Of a stretch of 64,000 nucleotides of DNA, positions 9,804 through 19,475 are shown one piece after another. The stretch comes from Candidatus Dormiibacterota bacterium (GTDB lineage: Bacteria > Chloroflexota > Dormibacteria > Aeolococcales > Aeolococcaceae). Location: contig CAWKKS010000001.1 of the NCBI GenBank assembly GCA_963850385.1, positions 335,419 to 399,418 on the forward strand, in the 5' to 3' direction. Below the pieces are notes generated by a model. That model saw only the letters and a list, made by a program, of their open reading frames with translations, made no database searches and was not told where the DNA came from. Within the stretch, counting starts at the first letter, position 1. Each line of letters opens with the position of its first letter. The position numbers and the translations under genes are program-made.

Positions 9804-11324
9804 CGCAACCGCCCGACGGCGTCGTCGAGCGCCGCGCGCCATCCGCAGATGCGCAACCACTGCACCGCGCTGTCGAGGTCACCGGCGAGCACGCGGTCAT
9901 CGTCCAGGTGCCTCACCTGCCGCCGCAGCGAGGCGACCACCGCGGCGGTGGCCGGGCCCGGTCGCAGCGGCGCGCGGAGCTCGAGCGCCTGGGCCGCCGC
10001 GACCAGCTCGACGGCGAGCACGCGACGCAGGGTGTCGACGCTGCGGCGCGTGCGCATCGCCGCGGTGAAGCCCATCGAGACGTGGTCCTCCTGGCCCGCG
10101 CTGGTCGACATGCTCTGCACCGCGATGGGCGTGGCCGCAGCCCGTAGCTCGACCACCATGGCCGCCGCCGTGTATTGGGTGATCATCGAGCCCGCTGTTC
10201 AGTCCCGGCGCGGTGGTGAGGAACGCCGGCAGGCCGCGCGATCGCGCCGGGTCGAGAAGCCGGTCGAGGCGCCGCTCGCTGATCGATGCCAGGTCGGCGC
10301 AGATGCTGGCGAGCATGTCGGCGGCGTAGGCCAGCGCCTGCCCGTGGAAGTTGCCACCACTGACCACCTCCCCGCCGAGCACCATCGGGTTGTCGACCAC
10401 GGCAGCCAGCTCGCGCACCACGCACTCGCGTGCGAACGCATGCACGTCGCGCGCGGCGCCGTGCACCTGCGGCGTGCACCGCAGCGAGTACGGGTCCTGG
10501 ACGGCGTGGTGCGATTCGCGGTGGGAGGCAACCAGCGCGCTGTCGTCGAGGAGCAGGCGAAGGTTGGCCGCGCTGGCGCTCTGCCCGGGCGCTGCCCGCA
10601 GGGCCACCGCGTCCTCCGCGAACGCGCGGGTGGTTCCCAGGAGCGCCTCGACGCTCATCGCGGCGATGACGTCGGCGGCGCGCAGCAGCTCCTCGAGGTC
10701 TGCCACCGCCAGGGTCATCACCGCGCACATCCCGTCGGTGCCGTTGATCAATGCCAGGCCCTCGCGAGGTCCGACATCGATGGGCACGAGGCCCTGCTCG
10801 GCGAGCGCGGCCGCGGCGGGCAGGCGTGCGCTTCCGTCCCACACCCACCCCTCGCCGAGCAGGCAGGCGCAGGCATGCGCCAGCGGAGCGAGGTCGCCGG
10901 ATGCGCCGAGCGAGCCGGACTCAGGCACCCACGGCACCAGCCCGCTGTTGAGGAGCGCGGCGAGCGCCTCAGGAAGGAGTGGACGCACGCCCGAGTACCC
11001 GGCGCACAGGGTCCTGGCGCGCAGGAGCATCATCGCCCTGACGACCTCCGCGTCCAGCGGCGCTCCCATGCCGGCGGCGTGGCTCAGCACCACGTGACGT
11101 TGCAGCGCGGCGCGGTCGGCGGGTTGCACGGCGCGATCCGCGAGGGCCCCGAAACCGGTGGTGACCCCATAGGCGATGGTGTCGTCCTCGTCGAGCTTCT
11201 CGACCACCGCGCGCGAGGGTGCCATGCGCTGCCGCGCCTCGTCGCCGACCTCCACCCGCGCACCGTCGCGGGCCACGGCCAGGACGTCATCAACGCCCAG
11301 CGGGTTGCCGTCGAGTACCACCAT
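9800..11324 (-). pseudogene. hutH: histidine ammonia-lyase, interrupted by a 1-nt frame break near 10187
   Basis: Motifs GVTTGFGALA and GSLGASGDLAPLAH (MIO triad). After ...PGLNSG the conserved MITQYTAAAMVVELR... continues in the other frame (ORF 9800-10186). 1525 nt equals 508 codons plus 1 nt. Confidence 0.85.
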
Positions 11325-11392
11325 GCCCGCGGCAGGGTAGCGCCGTCGAGGGCCGTTGGTGCGCGTGCGCTCGGCTATCGTCTGCGATCAGC

Positions 11393-12538
11393 ATGCAGCC
11401 CCCGCCGTCGACGACGTATCCGCTGGCTGACGGACCACCGCCGCCACCTCCCCCGTACGCGATCCCTGCCCCGGCTCGCGTGCACCGAATCCCCCGGGGT
11501 GTGCGGGCCGTCGGACCGCTGGCCGCGCTGGCCGTCGTCGTCGGCGTGCTCCTCGGTGGGCGGGCGTCTGCCGAGGACGGCCGCCTCGCCGCCGCGGCCG
11601 CGCTGGCCGCAGGCGACCCCGCCCAGGCGGTGAGCCTCGACGAGGCTGTGGCCGGTCGCAGCGGGCTCCTCATGGTGCTCGACCCCGGTGCCGCGTCGGC
11701 TGCCGCGCAGGCGGCCCAGTCGGCTCGGATCGCCTGGGCTCGCCAGCTGGCCGCCTCGGGCGACGTCGACTCGGCGATCGCCGTCCTGACCGCTGTCCAC
11801 GTCCCGGGGCTGCTCGCGGCGGCGGCAGAGACCCGAGCACGGTTGCTGATCGACGCGGCGTCACAGGCCATCCGCGCCGGTCATGCGGAGCTGGCGCTGC
11901 GCCGGCTCGACGAGGCCGCCCAGGGGCCGCCACCGAGCTCGCTGGCGAGCACGATTGTCGCGATGCGTGCGGCGGACGAGGTGAGCGCCGCGGCGGAGCT
12001 GGTCGCCCGCAACCGCGCTGCTGACGCCGTGGCCCTCCTCGATGACGCGGCCGCCAATGGGGGCGCCGCGGCCGCGGCGCGGGCCTACCCGCCGACGCTG
12101 CTCGCCGCCGCCCAATCCGAGATCGCCGCGATGGACTACCTGGAGGCCGCGACCACGCTCCAGAGGCTCACCACAGCTTTCGGATCCAGTCCCGCGGCCC
12201 GGGGGGCTCGCACACTGCTGCACCAACCGCAGCGCGTCTCCGGCACCCTCGTGGACGGCGCCGGTCACCCCGCGTCAGGGCGCGTGCGGCTGAGCACCCA
12301 TTTCTCCCAACTCTCCAGCGGGTACAGCACCAGCGGCCCCTTTTACTACGGGACCGCCGACGCCAACGGGGACTTCGCCATAGCCACTGTCCCGGTCGGC
12401 GGTCCGTACGTGCTGGAGTACTACCGGGGGGGCAGCTGGATGACGTTGATCGATCCGCGCACCGACCAGCCGGCCAACCCTGTCACGGTGAAGGCCGTCC
12501 AGCCCGCCGACCTCACCTTCATCGTGCTGCCCGCCTGA
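11393..12538 (+). CDS. membrane-anchored Ala-rich protein with a C-terminal CarboxypepD_reg-like beta domain
   Basis: Pro-rich N-terminus, one TM helix (LAALAVVVGVLLGG) and Ala-rich helical repeats. C-terminus reads VSGTLVDGAGHPASGRVRL...DANGDFAIATVPVGGPYVLEY. Lies directly upstream of the TadE-like genes. Confidence 0.55.
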   Translation: MQPPPSTTYPLADGPPPPPPPYAIPAPARVHRIPRGVRAVGPLAALAVVVGVLLGGRASAEDGRLAAAAALAAGDPAQAVSLDEAVAGRSGLLMVLDPGAASAAAQAAQSARIAWARQLAASGDVDSAIAVLTAVHVPGLLAAAAETRARLLIDAASQAIRAGHAELALRRLDEAAQGPPPSSLASTIVAMRAADEVSAAAELVARNRAADAVALLDDAAANGGAAAAARAYPPTLLAAAQSEIAAMDYLEAATTLQRLTTAFGSSPAARGARTLLHQPQRVSGTLVDGAGHPASGRVRLSTHFSQLSSGYSTSGPFYYGTADANGDFAIATVPVGGPYVLEYYRGGSWMTLIDPRTDQPANPVTVKAVQPADLTFIVLPA

Positions 12539-12581
12539 CCAGCGGCGGTCGAAAAGCACCACCCCCGCTGCCTACCATCTG

Positions 12582-13193
12582 ATGCATGGGGAGGGGGTGG
12601 TGAGTCGCCGTGCCGGCCAGGCGACCATCGAGTTCGCCTTTGCGGCGCCGCTGTTCTTCCTCTGCTTCTTTGCGGCCATCGACGCCGCGCTGTGGGCGAT
12701 CCAGTCGAGCGCAGCCGTGTCGGCTGCGGAGCAGGGAGCGCGGCTGGCTGCCGCGGCTGCAACCAGCCCGCTGAGCGAGGACACGCCATCGCCCGCGGTG
12801 CTGCTGGCGGCGGTGCGCGGGCAGCTGCAACAGGCGATGTTCGGCACCACCGTGGTGGCCTGGTGTGATCCCGCAGCAGGACAGTGCGTCACACCATCAG
12901 TGGCAGGTGGCGGAGGCCCGTTCGCCCGATGCCCGACCAGCCCCACAGCGGTCGAGGAGCGTTTCGGCGCCCGGACCATCGCGATCTGCGATGAGACCTC
13001 AGCGCCCGCGCCGCCATGCCCTCCGCCACCACAAGCCGCGACTCCACGGTGCGATGACCCGCCCACGGTCACGGTGCACGTGGTCGGCTTCATGGCATCA
13101 CTGGTGCCTCCGATCAGCGGATTCGGCTGGCACGCCGGGGAGATTCCCATCAACGTGGTGGCCACGACCCACTCCCTGAGGTTCGCGACGTGA
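12582..13193 (+). CDS. TadE-like pseudopilin/pilus-assembly protein
   Basis: N-terminal RRAGQATIEFAFAAPLFFLCFFAAIDAALW (TadE-like domain). The GTG at 12600 behind GGGGAGGGG is an alternative start. Confidence 0.75.
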   Translation: MHGEGVVSRRAGQATIEFAFAAPLFFLCFFAAIDAALWAIQSSAAVSAAEQGARLAAAAATSPLSEDTPSPAVLLAAVRGQLQQAMFGTTVVAWCDPAAGQCVTPSVAGGGGPFARCPTSPTAVEERFGARTIAICDETSAPAPPCPPPPQAATPRCDDPPTVTVHVVGFMASLVPPISGFGWHAGEIPINVVATTHSLRFAT

Positions 13194-13771
13194 CCACGCG
13201 GCGAGGTCGTCGGGGTGGACAGGCGATCCTCGAGACAGCCATCGTGATCCCCGTCCTGCTGGCGCTGGTCAGCGTCTTCCTTGGCCTGATGATCCAGGTC
13301 GAGGCTCAGCAGCAGATGGAGGCGGCGACCAAGCTCGCTGCGGAGTCGTTTTTCCAGGCCCCGCGGGAAGCGGTGGACGCCCCCGGCACCACCTGCTGCG
13401 CGGCCGGGACGGCGACGGGCCCGTCGCTGGACACCTCAGGCATGCCCAAGGGCTGCCGCTTCGCCGCGGAGACCTTCTACGGGACAATGAGCTTTCGCCG
13501 CTTTCTTGTCTTCGACGCCGAGAAGAATGCGGCCGCCAGCCCGCTCTGTCTGCGCCGTGGCGCGCCGCTGGGGCAGGCGCGGGGCTCACTGATCACCTGC
13601 GAGGTGGACCATCTCGACGCTGCGCTCAACCCACCGCGCGGCCTGTCCGTCGTCCGCTGTTCCGCCTCGGCGAGGCTGGACTTCTCGCAAACCCCACTGG
13701 CATGGGCGATCCCCTGGAACCCTACCGTCAGCGCGGTGGCAGAGACCGTGCCTCCGCCCTTCAGGCAATGA
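13190..13771 (+). CDS. TadE-like pseudopilin/pilus-assembly protein
   Basis: RRGGQAILETAIVIPVLLALVSVFLGLMIQV. 4-nt overlaps with both neighbouring genes. Confidence 0.7.
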   Translation: MTTRRGRRGGQAILETAIVIPVLLALVSVFLGLMIQVEAQQQMEAATKLAAESFFQAPREAVDAPGTTCCAAGTATGPSLDTSGMPKGCRFAAETFYGTMSFRRFLVFDAEKNAAASPLCLRRGAPLGQARGSLITCEVDHLDAALNPPRGLSVVRCSASARLDFSQTPLAWAIPWNPTVSAVAETVPPPFRQ

Positions 13772-14307
13772 GACGTCGGTCCCAGTGCGGGCAGATGATC
13801 ATGATGATGGCTCTCGCCTTCGCGCTCTTCCTTTTCGGCGTCGTCGTCCTGGTCGTCGACAGCGCCGACCTCTATGTCTGGTCGGCGCGCGTCCAAGCCG
13901 CGGCGCAGTCAGCGGCGCAGGCCGGGGCCAACTCGGTCGATCCGCAGTACCTCTACGGGACGGGCAGTCACCTAGTGGATCTCGGCAACAGTGCCGGGTT
14001 GATGGTGTTCGAGCGCGGCTGTGTGCAGATCGGCGACGAGTCCGCGCAGCTCACCAGCCCGACGGGCACAGCGCAGTCGGCTGACGACGCTCAGCCGAAG
14101 GGCAACGGGGTGCGGTGTGTCAGCGACGGCTGCGCCGTCTACGCCTCAGTGGAGAAGACTGTGCATCTGCCTCTGCCACTGTTCGGCGACAGCGTGGTGG
14201 TGCGCGGGACGTACTACGCGGCGCCCGTGGTGGGCGCTGCTGTTGCCACCGCCTCGCATTGCGTGCGCGGCGCCTGGCTCAGCGCGGACCCGGCGCAGAT
14301 CCCCTGA
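13768..14307 (+). CDS. TadG/TadE-G-like pilus-assembly protein
   Basis: The ATG at 13768 overlaps the upstream stop (ATGA). GQMIMMMALAFALFLFGVVVLVVDSADLYVWSARVQAAAQSAAQAGAN matches the Tad (TadE/G-like) N-terminal pattern. Confidence 0.65.
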   Translation: MRRRSQCGQMIMMMALAFALFLFGVVVLVVDSADLYVWSARVQAAAQSAAQAGANSVDPQYLYGTGSHLVDLGNSAGLMVFERGCVQIGDESAQLTSPTGTAQSADDAQPKGNGVRCVSDGCAVYASVEKTVHLPLPLFGDSVVVRGTYYAAPVVGAAVATASHCVRGAWLSADPAQIP

Positions 14308-15211
14308 GCTCATCGCCGCCACGCCTGACGCGTCGGCGTCGGGGAGGCCCGAGGTGCCATCCCTGGCCAAAAGCGACGCCCAGCTCGCGCAGCGTGGTCG
14401 CCTGTGCATCCGTCTCGACGCCTTCGGCGACGCAATCCGCGCCTATCTCCGCGGTGAACGTGCACAGGCCGCCCACCAGGGAGCGTCGGGCCATGTCCGT
14501 GTCGATCCCCCTGATCAGAGACACGTCGAGCTTGACGATGTCGGGGCGGATGAGGAGGATGTGGTTGAGGCTGGCGAAGCCGGCGCCGGCGTCGTCGATC
14601 GCGACGCGAATCCCGGTCTGGCGCAGGCGCTTCAGCGCCAGGTTGAGCGCCACGTAGTCCTCAACCGGCATGTGCTCGGTGAGCTCCAGCACAAGCCGGC
14701 CGCCATCGACGCCGCGGAGCAGTTCGGCAAGGTGCGGTGAGGTGACGGTGCGTGGTGAGACATTGACGGACAGGTAGACGCTCTCCGGGAGACTCGCCAG
14801 CTCCTCCAGCGCAAGCGTGAGCAGGACCAGCTCGAACTCCTCGCCGAGGCCCAGCAGCGCAGCGTCGCGGAACCAGCTGTCGGCACCTTCGAGCTCGCGT
14901 GTGGAGAGGTCGCTGAGTGCTTCGTAGCCCGCAGTTCGCGCCGTCGACAGGTGCACCACCGGTTGGAGCAGAGTGCGCGCCGGGGCACGCCCCAGCGAGC
15001 GCCGGATGTCATCACCGAGACGCAGGTGGTCGACCGCGCGCTGCAGCAGGGTACGCAGCGACGCCGGCAGCGGCACTCGTCGCCCGTCCACTTCGAGGAC
15101 CACCTCGCTGTCGACGTCGACCAACCTGCACAGCAGGTCGACGGCGGCGCGGTCGCCCTCGTTGGAGCCGGCGAAGAGTGCTTCGAAGGGTGCTGGGACG
15201 GTGCTCGGCAT
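14279..15211 (-). CDS. EAL-domain protein (putative c-di-GMP phosphodiesterase)
   Basis: Motifs YEALSD, LSVNVSP, LELTEH, AIDDAGAGFASL, DIVKLD and EGVET..QGW. Start taken at MPSTVP (15211). The 3' end overlaps the convergent TadG-like gene by 29 nt. Confidence 0.8.
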   Translation of the reverse strand: MPSTVPAPFEALFAGSNEGDRAAVDLLCRLVDVDSEVVLEVDGRRVPLPASLRTLLQRAVDHLRLGDDIRRSLGRAPARTLLQPVVHLSTARTAGYEALSDLSTRELEGADSWFRDAALLGLGEEFELVLLTLALEELASLPESVYLSVNVSPRTVTSPHLAELLRGVDGGRLVLELTEHMPVEDYVALNLALKRLRQTGIRVAIDDAGAGFASLNHILLIRPDIVKLDVSLIRGIDTDMARRSLVGGLCTFTAEIGADCVAEGVETDAQATTLRELGVAFGQGWHLGPPRRRRVRRGGDELRGSAPGPR

Positions 15212-15281
15212 GGGCAGCAGCCACCCTAACCCAGAATCGGCCGGCGTGGGGGTTGGTCGCGCCCACGTATCCTCACCGTCC

Positions 15282-16358
15282 ATGTGGTGGAGTGAGCCGG
15301 CGGTGTGGCGCGAGCCCGCGCACGGCGCGACCATCGATGCGCGCACCCGAGACCTCGACGGCCTCGCGCAACTGCGCGCGGTGCGTGAACAGCCGGCAAT
15401 GTATCACCTCACCGGGACCACCTTCGACAGCGCGGCACCGGGCGAGGCGACGTTCAGCATGCCGATCACCGGCTGGTTGCTCTCGTCACAGGGTGCCGTG
15501 CCCGGGGGGATGCTCGCCATCCCTGCCGACGGTGCCCTCGGGTGCGCCATCCATACCCAGCTGCCGGCGAGCGTGACCTACACGACCGCGGAACTCTCGA
15601 TCACCTACCTGCATCCGCCGCGCGTGGGCATGCGGGTGCGTGCAAGCGGACGAGCGCTGCACGTAGGGCGAACCCTGGCGATGAGCAGCGCCGACATGTT
15701 CGCCCCCGACGGCGCGTTGCTGGCGCACGCCACGTCGCGATGTGTGCTCTTCTCCTCAGCAGAACGCACCGCGCACAGCAGTGGTACGGCCGCTCCTCCG
15801 TCGCGACCCGGGAGCCGTGGATCGGCAGCGGCCGACATCGTGGACCCCTTCCTTCGCGAGCCGTCCGGGACGGTGCTGGGCTCGGACTCGCTCGCTCGCA
15901 TGTCCGGGCTCGACCTGCTGCGAGCGCAGATGGCCGGAGAGCTGCCCGCGCCGCCGTTGCACCACCTCCTCGGCCTCACGCCGGTGACCGCGCGGGACGG
16001 TGGCGCGGAGTGCGTGATGCCTGCCACCAGCTGGCTCAACACGCCTTGGGGATGGCCCCAGGGAGGCTTTGTCGCGGCGCTCGCCGACTCGTCCCTGGCG
16101 ATGGCGGTGCAGACAACCGTGCCCGCCGGGACCAGCGCTGTCGAGGTCGACCTCAAGGTGAACTACCTGCGGCCGGTCGTGGGCGACGGCCGGTTGCTGC
16201 ACGCCCGCGCAGAGGTCGCTCACCGAGGGCGGTCGCTGGCGGTGGCGACGGCTGAGGTCATGGACGACGACGGACGTCGCGTAGCGCTGGCCACCGGCTC
16301 GGCGGTGATCCGCCGGCGCGAGGTCGATGACGCTGAGGGTGGAACCCCCGAGGTCTAA
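15282..16358 (+). CDS. double hotdog-fold thioesterase (PaaI-like)
   Basis: Two repeats of the PaaI-type pattern (G.LHGG-like segments PGGMLAIPADGALGCA and QGGFVAALADSSLAMA, each followed by a beta sheet ending in GRSLA/GRTLA). Confidence 0.7.
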   Translation: MWWSEPAVWREPAHGATIDARTRDLDGLAQLRAVREQPAMYHLTGTTFDSAAPGEATFSMPITGWLLSSQGAVPGGMLAIPADGALGCAIHTQLPASVTYTTAELSITYLHPPRVGMRVRASGRALHVGRTLAMSSADMFAPDGALLAHATSRCVLFSSAERTAHSSGTAAPPSRPGSRGSAAADIVDPFLREPSGTVLGSDSLARMSGLDLLRAQMAGELPAPPLHHLLGLTPVTARDGGAECVMPATSWLNTPWGWPQGGFVAALADSSLAMAVQTTVPAGTSAVEVDLKVNYLRPVVGDGRLLHARAEVAHRGRSLAVATAEVMDDDGRRVALATGSAVIRRREVDDAEGGTPEV

Positions 16359-16798
16359 GCGGGTGGAGGTGGTGGCGCTGCCGGTGGCGGCAGGGCCGGT
16401 GGCGGGCTCTGCGCGTACAGGTCCCACATGCGGTTCAACTCCAGCTGCATGTAGAGGACGTGGGCCCCGAAGACGAAGTGCAGCAGCACCGAAATCCACG
16501 GGCTGGCCCGATCGCCTGCCGGAAGACCGGACCGCTCCTGCATGCGAGCGATGCGACCGGTTGTGCCGTATGCCGAGACCAGCGGCGGCACGACGATCAC
16601 GGCCCCGATCGACACCGCCAGGGCCGAGAGGACCGGGTTGATCGAGGGATCGCCGAGGAACCGGCGGGCGTCGTTGTTCACCTTGTACCACCACACGACG
16701 TAGTAGATACCGAGCGTGATCAACGGAAGCCCGATCCACACCGCCACCGGGTTACGGCGCTTGTACGCCTGGTTGTGCACGACGACGGTGGTCGCCAC
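16355..16798 (-). CDS. DUF4234-domain membrane protein with Pro-rich tail
   Basis: KRRNPVAVWIGLPLITLGIYYVVWWYKVNND matches the DUF4234 signature. Strong GC3 bias. Confidence 0.65.
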   Translation of the reverse strand: MATTVVVHNQAYKRRNPVAVWIGLPLITLGIYYVVWWYKVNNDARRFLGDPSINPVLSALAVSIGAVIVVPPLVSAYGTTGRIARMQERSGLPAGDRASPWISVLLHFVFGAHVLYMQLELNRMWDLYAQSPPPALPPPAAPPPPPA

Positions 16799-16861
16799 TC
16801 TCTCACTCCTCGGGAGTCACCGGCGTGGTGACCGCGCCACTCTACAGCGTCGCAGGAGGGC

Positions 16862-17587
16862 TCACCGCGACGCCGCACCCACCGTCCGCACCCTGCTCAG
16901 GGTCGTGATGGCCTCGGCGACATCGACGTCGCGCTGGCAGGCCTCGGAGAGTGAGATGGCGGCGCCACGCCGGATCTCCACACCGATCAGTTGGTGGCAT
17001 CGCGCCAGCAGGTCGAAGTCGCCCCGGCTGATCGCGCCCACCGACATGACGCCGCGCATCACCACGCGTTCGCGGGTCACCCGGAAGCCCAGGCCCACGA
17101 GCTTGCGGCCTCCGACCGCGAGGTCGCTGAAGCCGGGGCACCACGCCCCCTCGACGCGACCGACGGTGGTCTGCACTCCCCATGGCTGCAGGCCCGCGTC
17201 GAACCAGCGGTGCAGCGAATGCAGCATCCAGTCAAGGGGCATGGGCTGACCCCGTGCAGGCGACCCGATCGCGCACACGCCCAACCAGGCCGGGCCGCCC
17301 ACGATGAACGTACCTCCCGCCGGGCTGGTGACCACGGCGGGGACATCGGGGAGGGCGCGGACCGCCGCGACCAGCGCGGCGTCACGCGCGAGGCCGGCAC
17401 CGATTGCGACGCGCCGAACGGTGGTGCGCAGCTGCATGGCGATGGAGCCAGTCGGCGGCGTGATGTGCCACGGGATCTCGGGGGGGTCGTCGACGAGTCG
17501 TTCCTCCGCGAGCTCGGCGACCACCACCGGCGCGAGGGAAAGGTGGCGCAGAACGCCCTCGGGGGGCGGCGGCGCCGGTGAACCCAT
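16862..17587 (-). CDS. biotin/lipoate A/B protein ligase family protein
   Basis: CPGFSDLAVGGRKLVGLGFR contains the conserved GRK lysine motif of LplA/LipB-type ligases. Confidence 0.6.
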   Translation of the reverse strand: MGSPAPPPPEGVLRHLSLAPVVVAELAEERLVDDPPEIPWHITPPTGSIAMQLRTTVRRVAIGAGLARDAALVAAVRALPDVPAVVTSPAGGTFIVGGPAWLGVCAIGSPARGQPMPLDWMLHSLHRWFDAGLQPWGVQTTVGRVEGAWCPGFSDLAVGGRKLVGLGFRVTRERVVMRGVMSVGAISRGDFDLLARCHQLIGVEIRRGAAISLSEACQRDVDVAEAITTLSRVRTVGAASR

Positions 17588-17628
17588 CCCGAGAATGTAG
17601 TGCAGCAGCCGCCGCCGTCGACCGCGCG

Positions 17629-19395
17629 CTAATCGAGCTCACGGCTCGAGCGCGTACCGGGGGCGGTGACCGCCGCGGCGCCGTCCGGCCGCGCCGACCG
17701 GCTCAGGACCAGCGAGGTGCGCAGCGCTGCGCACAGGCTGCGTCCCGAGGGAGCGCCCAAACCCGTGACCGCGTCCCATCCGGCCGTCGCCGGGTAGGCG
17801 CCGTTGTCGCCGGTGACGACATCGCTGAAACCGACATCCCGGGCTCCATACAGGGCAGGGAGGACGTCGCCAAGACGGTGCCCGGTGGCCGCGGTGATCA
17901 CGCCGAACAGGGCGGCCCACACCGGGGCGACAGCGGACGTGCCGCCGACCACCGTGTCGACGCCACGATGATGGATGACGTACCCGGTCAGCGGATCGGC
18001 ATTGCCGGCAACGTCGGGGACCCCACGTCCCCGAACCCCGTCATTGGCCGAGCGAGCCTGTATCCCGGCGTCTGATTGGTAGCGCGGTACGGCGAAGTGC
18101 CCGCTGACACCTCCGCCTGTCGCGCCCTGTCCCGCTCGCAGCTCGTTCCACGCCTCCTCGGTGACCCGCCGTCCGGATTCCGCGACCAACCGAGTGCCGC
18201 CACAGCCCACCCCGTGGGGCGCGGAGGCGGGGTGGTCGGCGTGCTGGCGCCCATCCCTGCGCGCGTCGGTGGAGCCGTTGTCACCAGCGGCCAGTGTGTG
18301 CACCATGCCGCGCACAGCTCCAAGCTGGAAGGCCCGATCCATCGCGTCCATCGCGGCCGGCGTCCAGAGGTCCTCGGGTGCGCCCCAGCTCGTCGAGACG
18401 GCGGAGTAATCGCGGCCGTCGGTTGCGAACGAGGCCTCGAGGTTGCTGAAGCCCCGATCGGTGTTGGGCGCGTACTTCAGCACGATGAGCACATCGGCCG
18501 CGGGGGCGCAGTGCGCGAGAATCCCTGCGATCACCTGCCAGTCGAGCGCCACCTCTGTGTCGGGCCCGAACGGATCCGAGGTCGGTCCCCACCCGTGGAC
18601 GGCCTCCTCGACGACGCGCAGTCGCGGGTGGCGAGCGGTGAATGCGGCGAGGTCAGGGCGATGCACGGCGCCACCCAGCTCGGCGATCCCCACGGTGATC
18701 CTCGTCCCTTCGCCGCCGTTGTCGAGCACCGGGAAGTCGTAGATGCGCGCCAGTTCGTCGGGCCTGTAGCAGTAGGCCACCCGACTGCCTCGTGGCGGCA
18801 CGGCGAGGCGGGGATGGCCGACCGGCCTGTCACTGAGACCGAGGGCTGCGGTGACGATGCCGTCCAACTCTGGTGGCACACTGAGCTCCTCACGGTGGTC
18901 GCGGTACACGGAGACGGCGCCGGTGATCGCGTCGCGCTCACGACGCCGTTCAAGTGAGACACCGAATGCACGCGCCAGCGCGCCCAGTGAACCGACCACT
19001 TCGAGCGTCATCGCCGAGTGGTGACCGCGCCGGACCCGCAGCCCCATGCTCGTGGCCCAGCGTGACACCAGGGCCGCGTCGCGGTCGTCGCAGCGATGCT
19101 TCTGCAACAGCTCGTCGGCACTGAGAAACCGGCGCACCTGGACCGGCGTCCGGTGTTGGCGAGCCAGTGCCACGGCGAGGCTGTCGTGGGCCGCCGACTT
19201 GCGGAGGTGCACGGTGACGGCCGCGGGGCGGCCGAGCTCCGGGTCGCTCAGCGGACGTGCAGTGGCCGCGAAGGCTGCGGTGGAAACCTGTCCCCGGCAG
19301 CTTCCAGCGAGACGGATGGAGGCAGTCATGGCTGATCCCTCAAGGAGTGCCGCCTGCATCTGAGGCGGCGATGAAAAAGCCGCCGATCCTGCCAC
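17629..19395 (-). CDS. S53 (sedolisin/kumamolisin-like) serine peptidase with pro-domain
   Basis: N-terminal pro-kumamolisin-like activation region. Catalytic region has AAGDNGS and GGTSAVAPVWAALFG. The start codon is uncertain. Confidence 0.75.
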   Translation of the reverse strand: MAGSAAFSSPPQMQAALLEGSAMTASIRLAGSCRGQVSTAAFAATARPLSDPELGRPAAVTVHLRKSAAHDSLAVALARQHRTPVQVRRFLSADELLQKHRCDDRDAALVSRWATSMGLRVRRGHHSAMTLEVVGSLGALARAFGVSLERRRERDAITGAVSVYRDHREELSVPPELDGIVTAALGLSDRPVGHPRLAVPPRGSRVAYCYRPDELARIYDFPVLDNGGEGTRITVGIAELGGAVHRPDLAAFTARHPRLRVVEEAVHGWGPTSDPFGPDTEVALDWQVIAGILAHCAPAADVLIVLKYAPNTDRGFSNLEASFATDGRDYSAVSTSWGAPEDLWTPAAMDAMDRAFQLGAVRGMVHTLAAGDNGSTDARRDGRQHADHPASAPHGVGCGGTRLVAESGRRVTEEAWNELRAGQGATGGGVSGHFAVPRYQSDAGIQARSANDGVRGRGVPDVAGNADPLTGYVIHHRGVDTVVGGTSAVAPVWAALFGVITAATGHRLGDVLPALYGARDVGFSDVVTGDNGAYPATAGWDAVTGLGAPSGRSLCAALRTSLVLSRSARPDGAAAVTAPGTRSSRELD

Positions 19396-19475
19396 GTGCG
19401 CTCAGGGGCGTTGGCCGCGTCCGCCGCGGTTGACGCGACACCCGGCGCGTTGTCCGCCCCCCGTCCGGCAGGCGC

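Noticed and set aside
7935-11633. Very long alternative-frame ORFs (1232 aa here; also 25439-27469, 28669-30534, 35419-36975, 49469-51556, 1939-2520)
   Set aside because: These are shadow ORFs typical of ~70% GC DNA. Their translations are Arg/Gly/Pro/Ala-rich low-complexity strings. They lie antisense to, or out of frame with, genes that have clear family motifs and GC3 bias (the hut operon, VirB6-like gene, HAD/NUDIX, gcvPB, gyrB).
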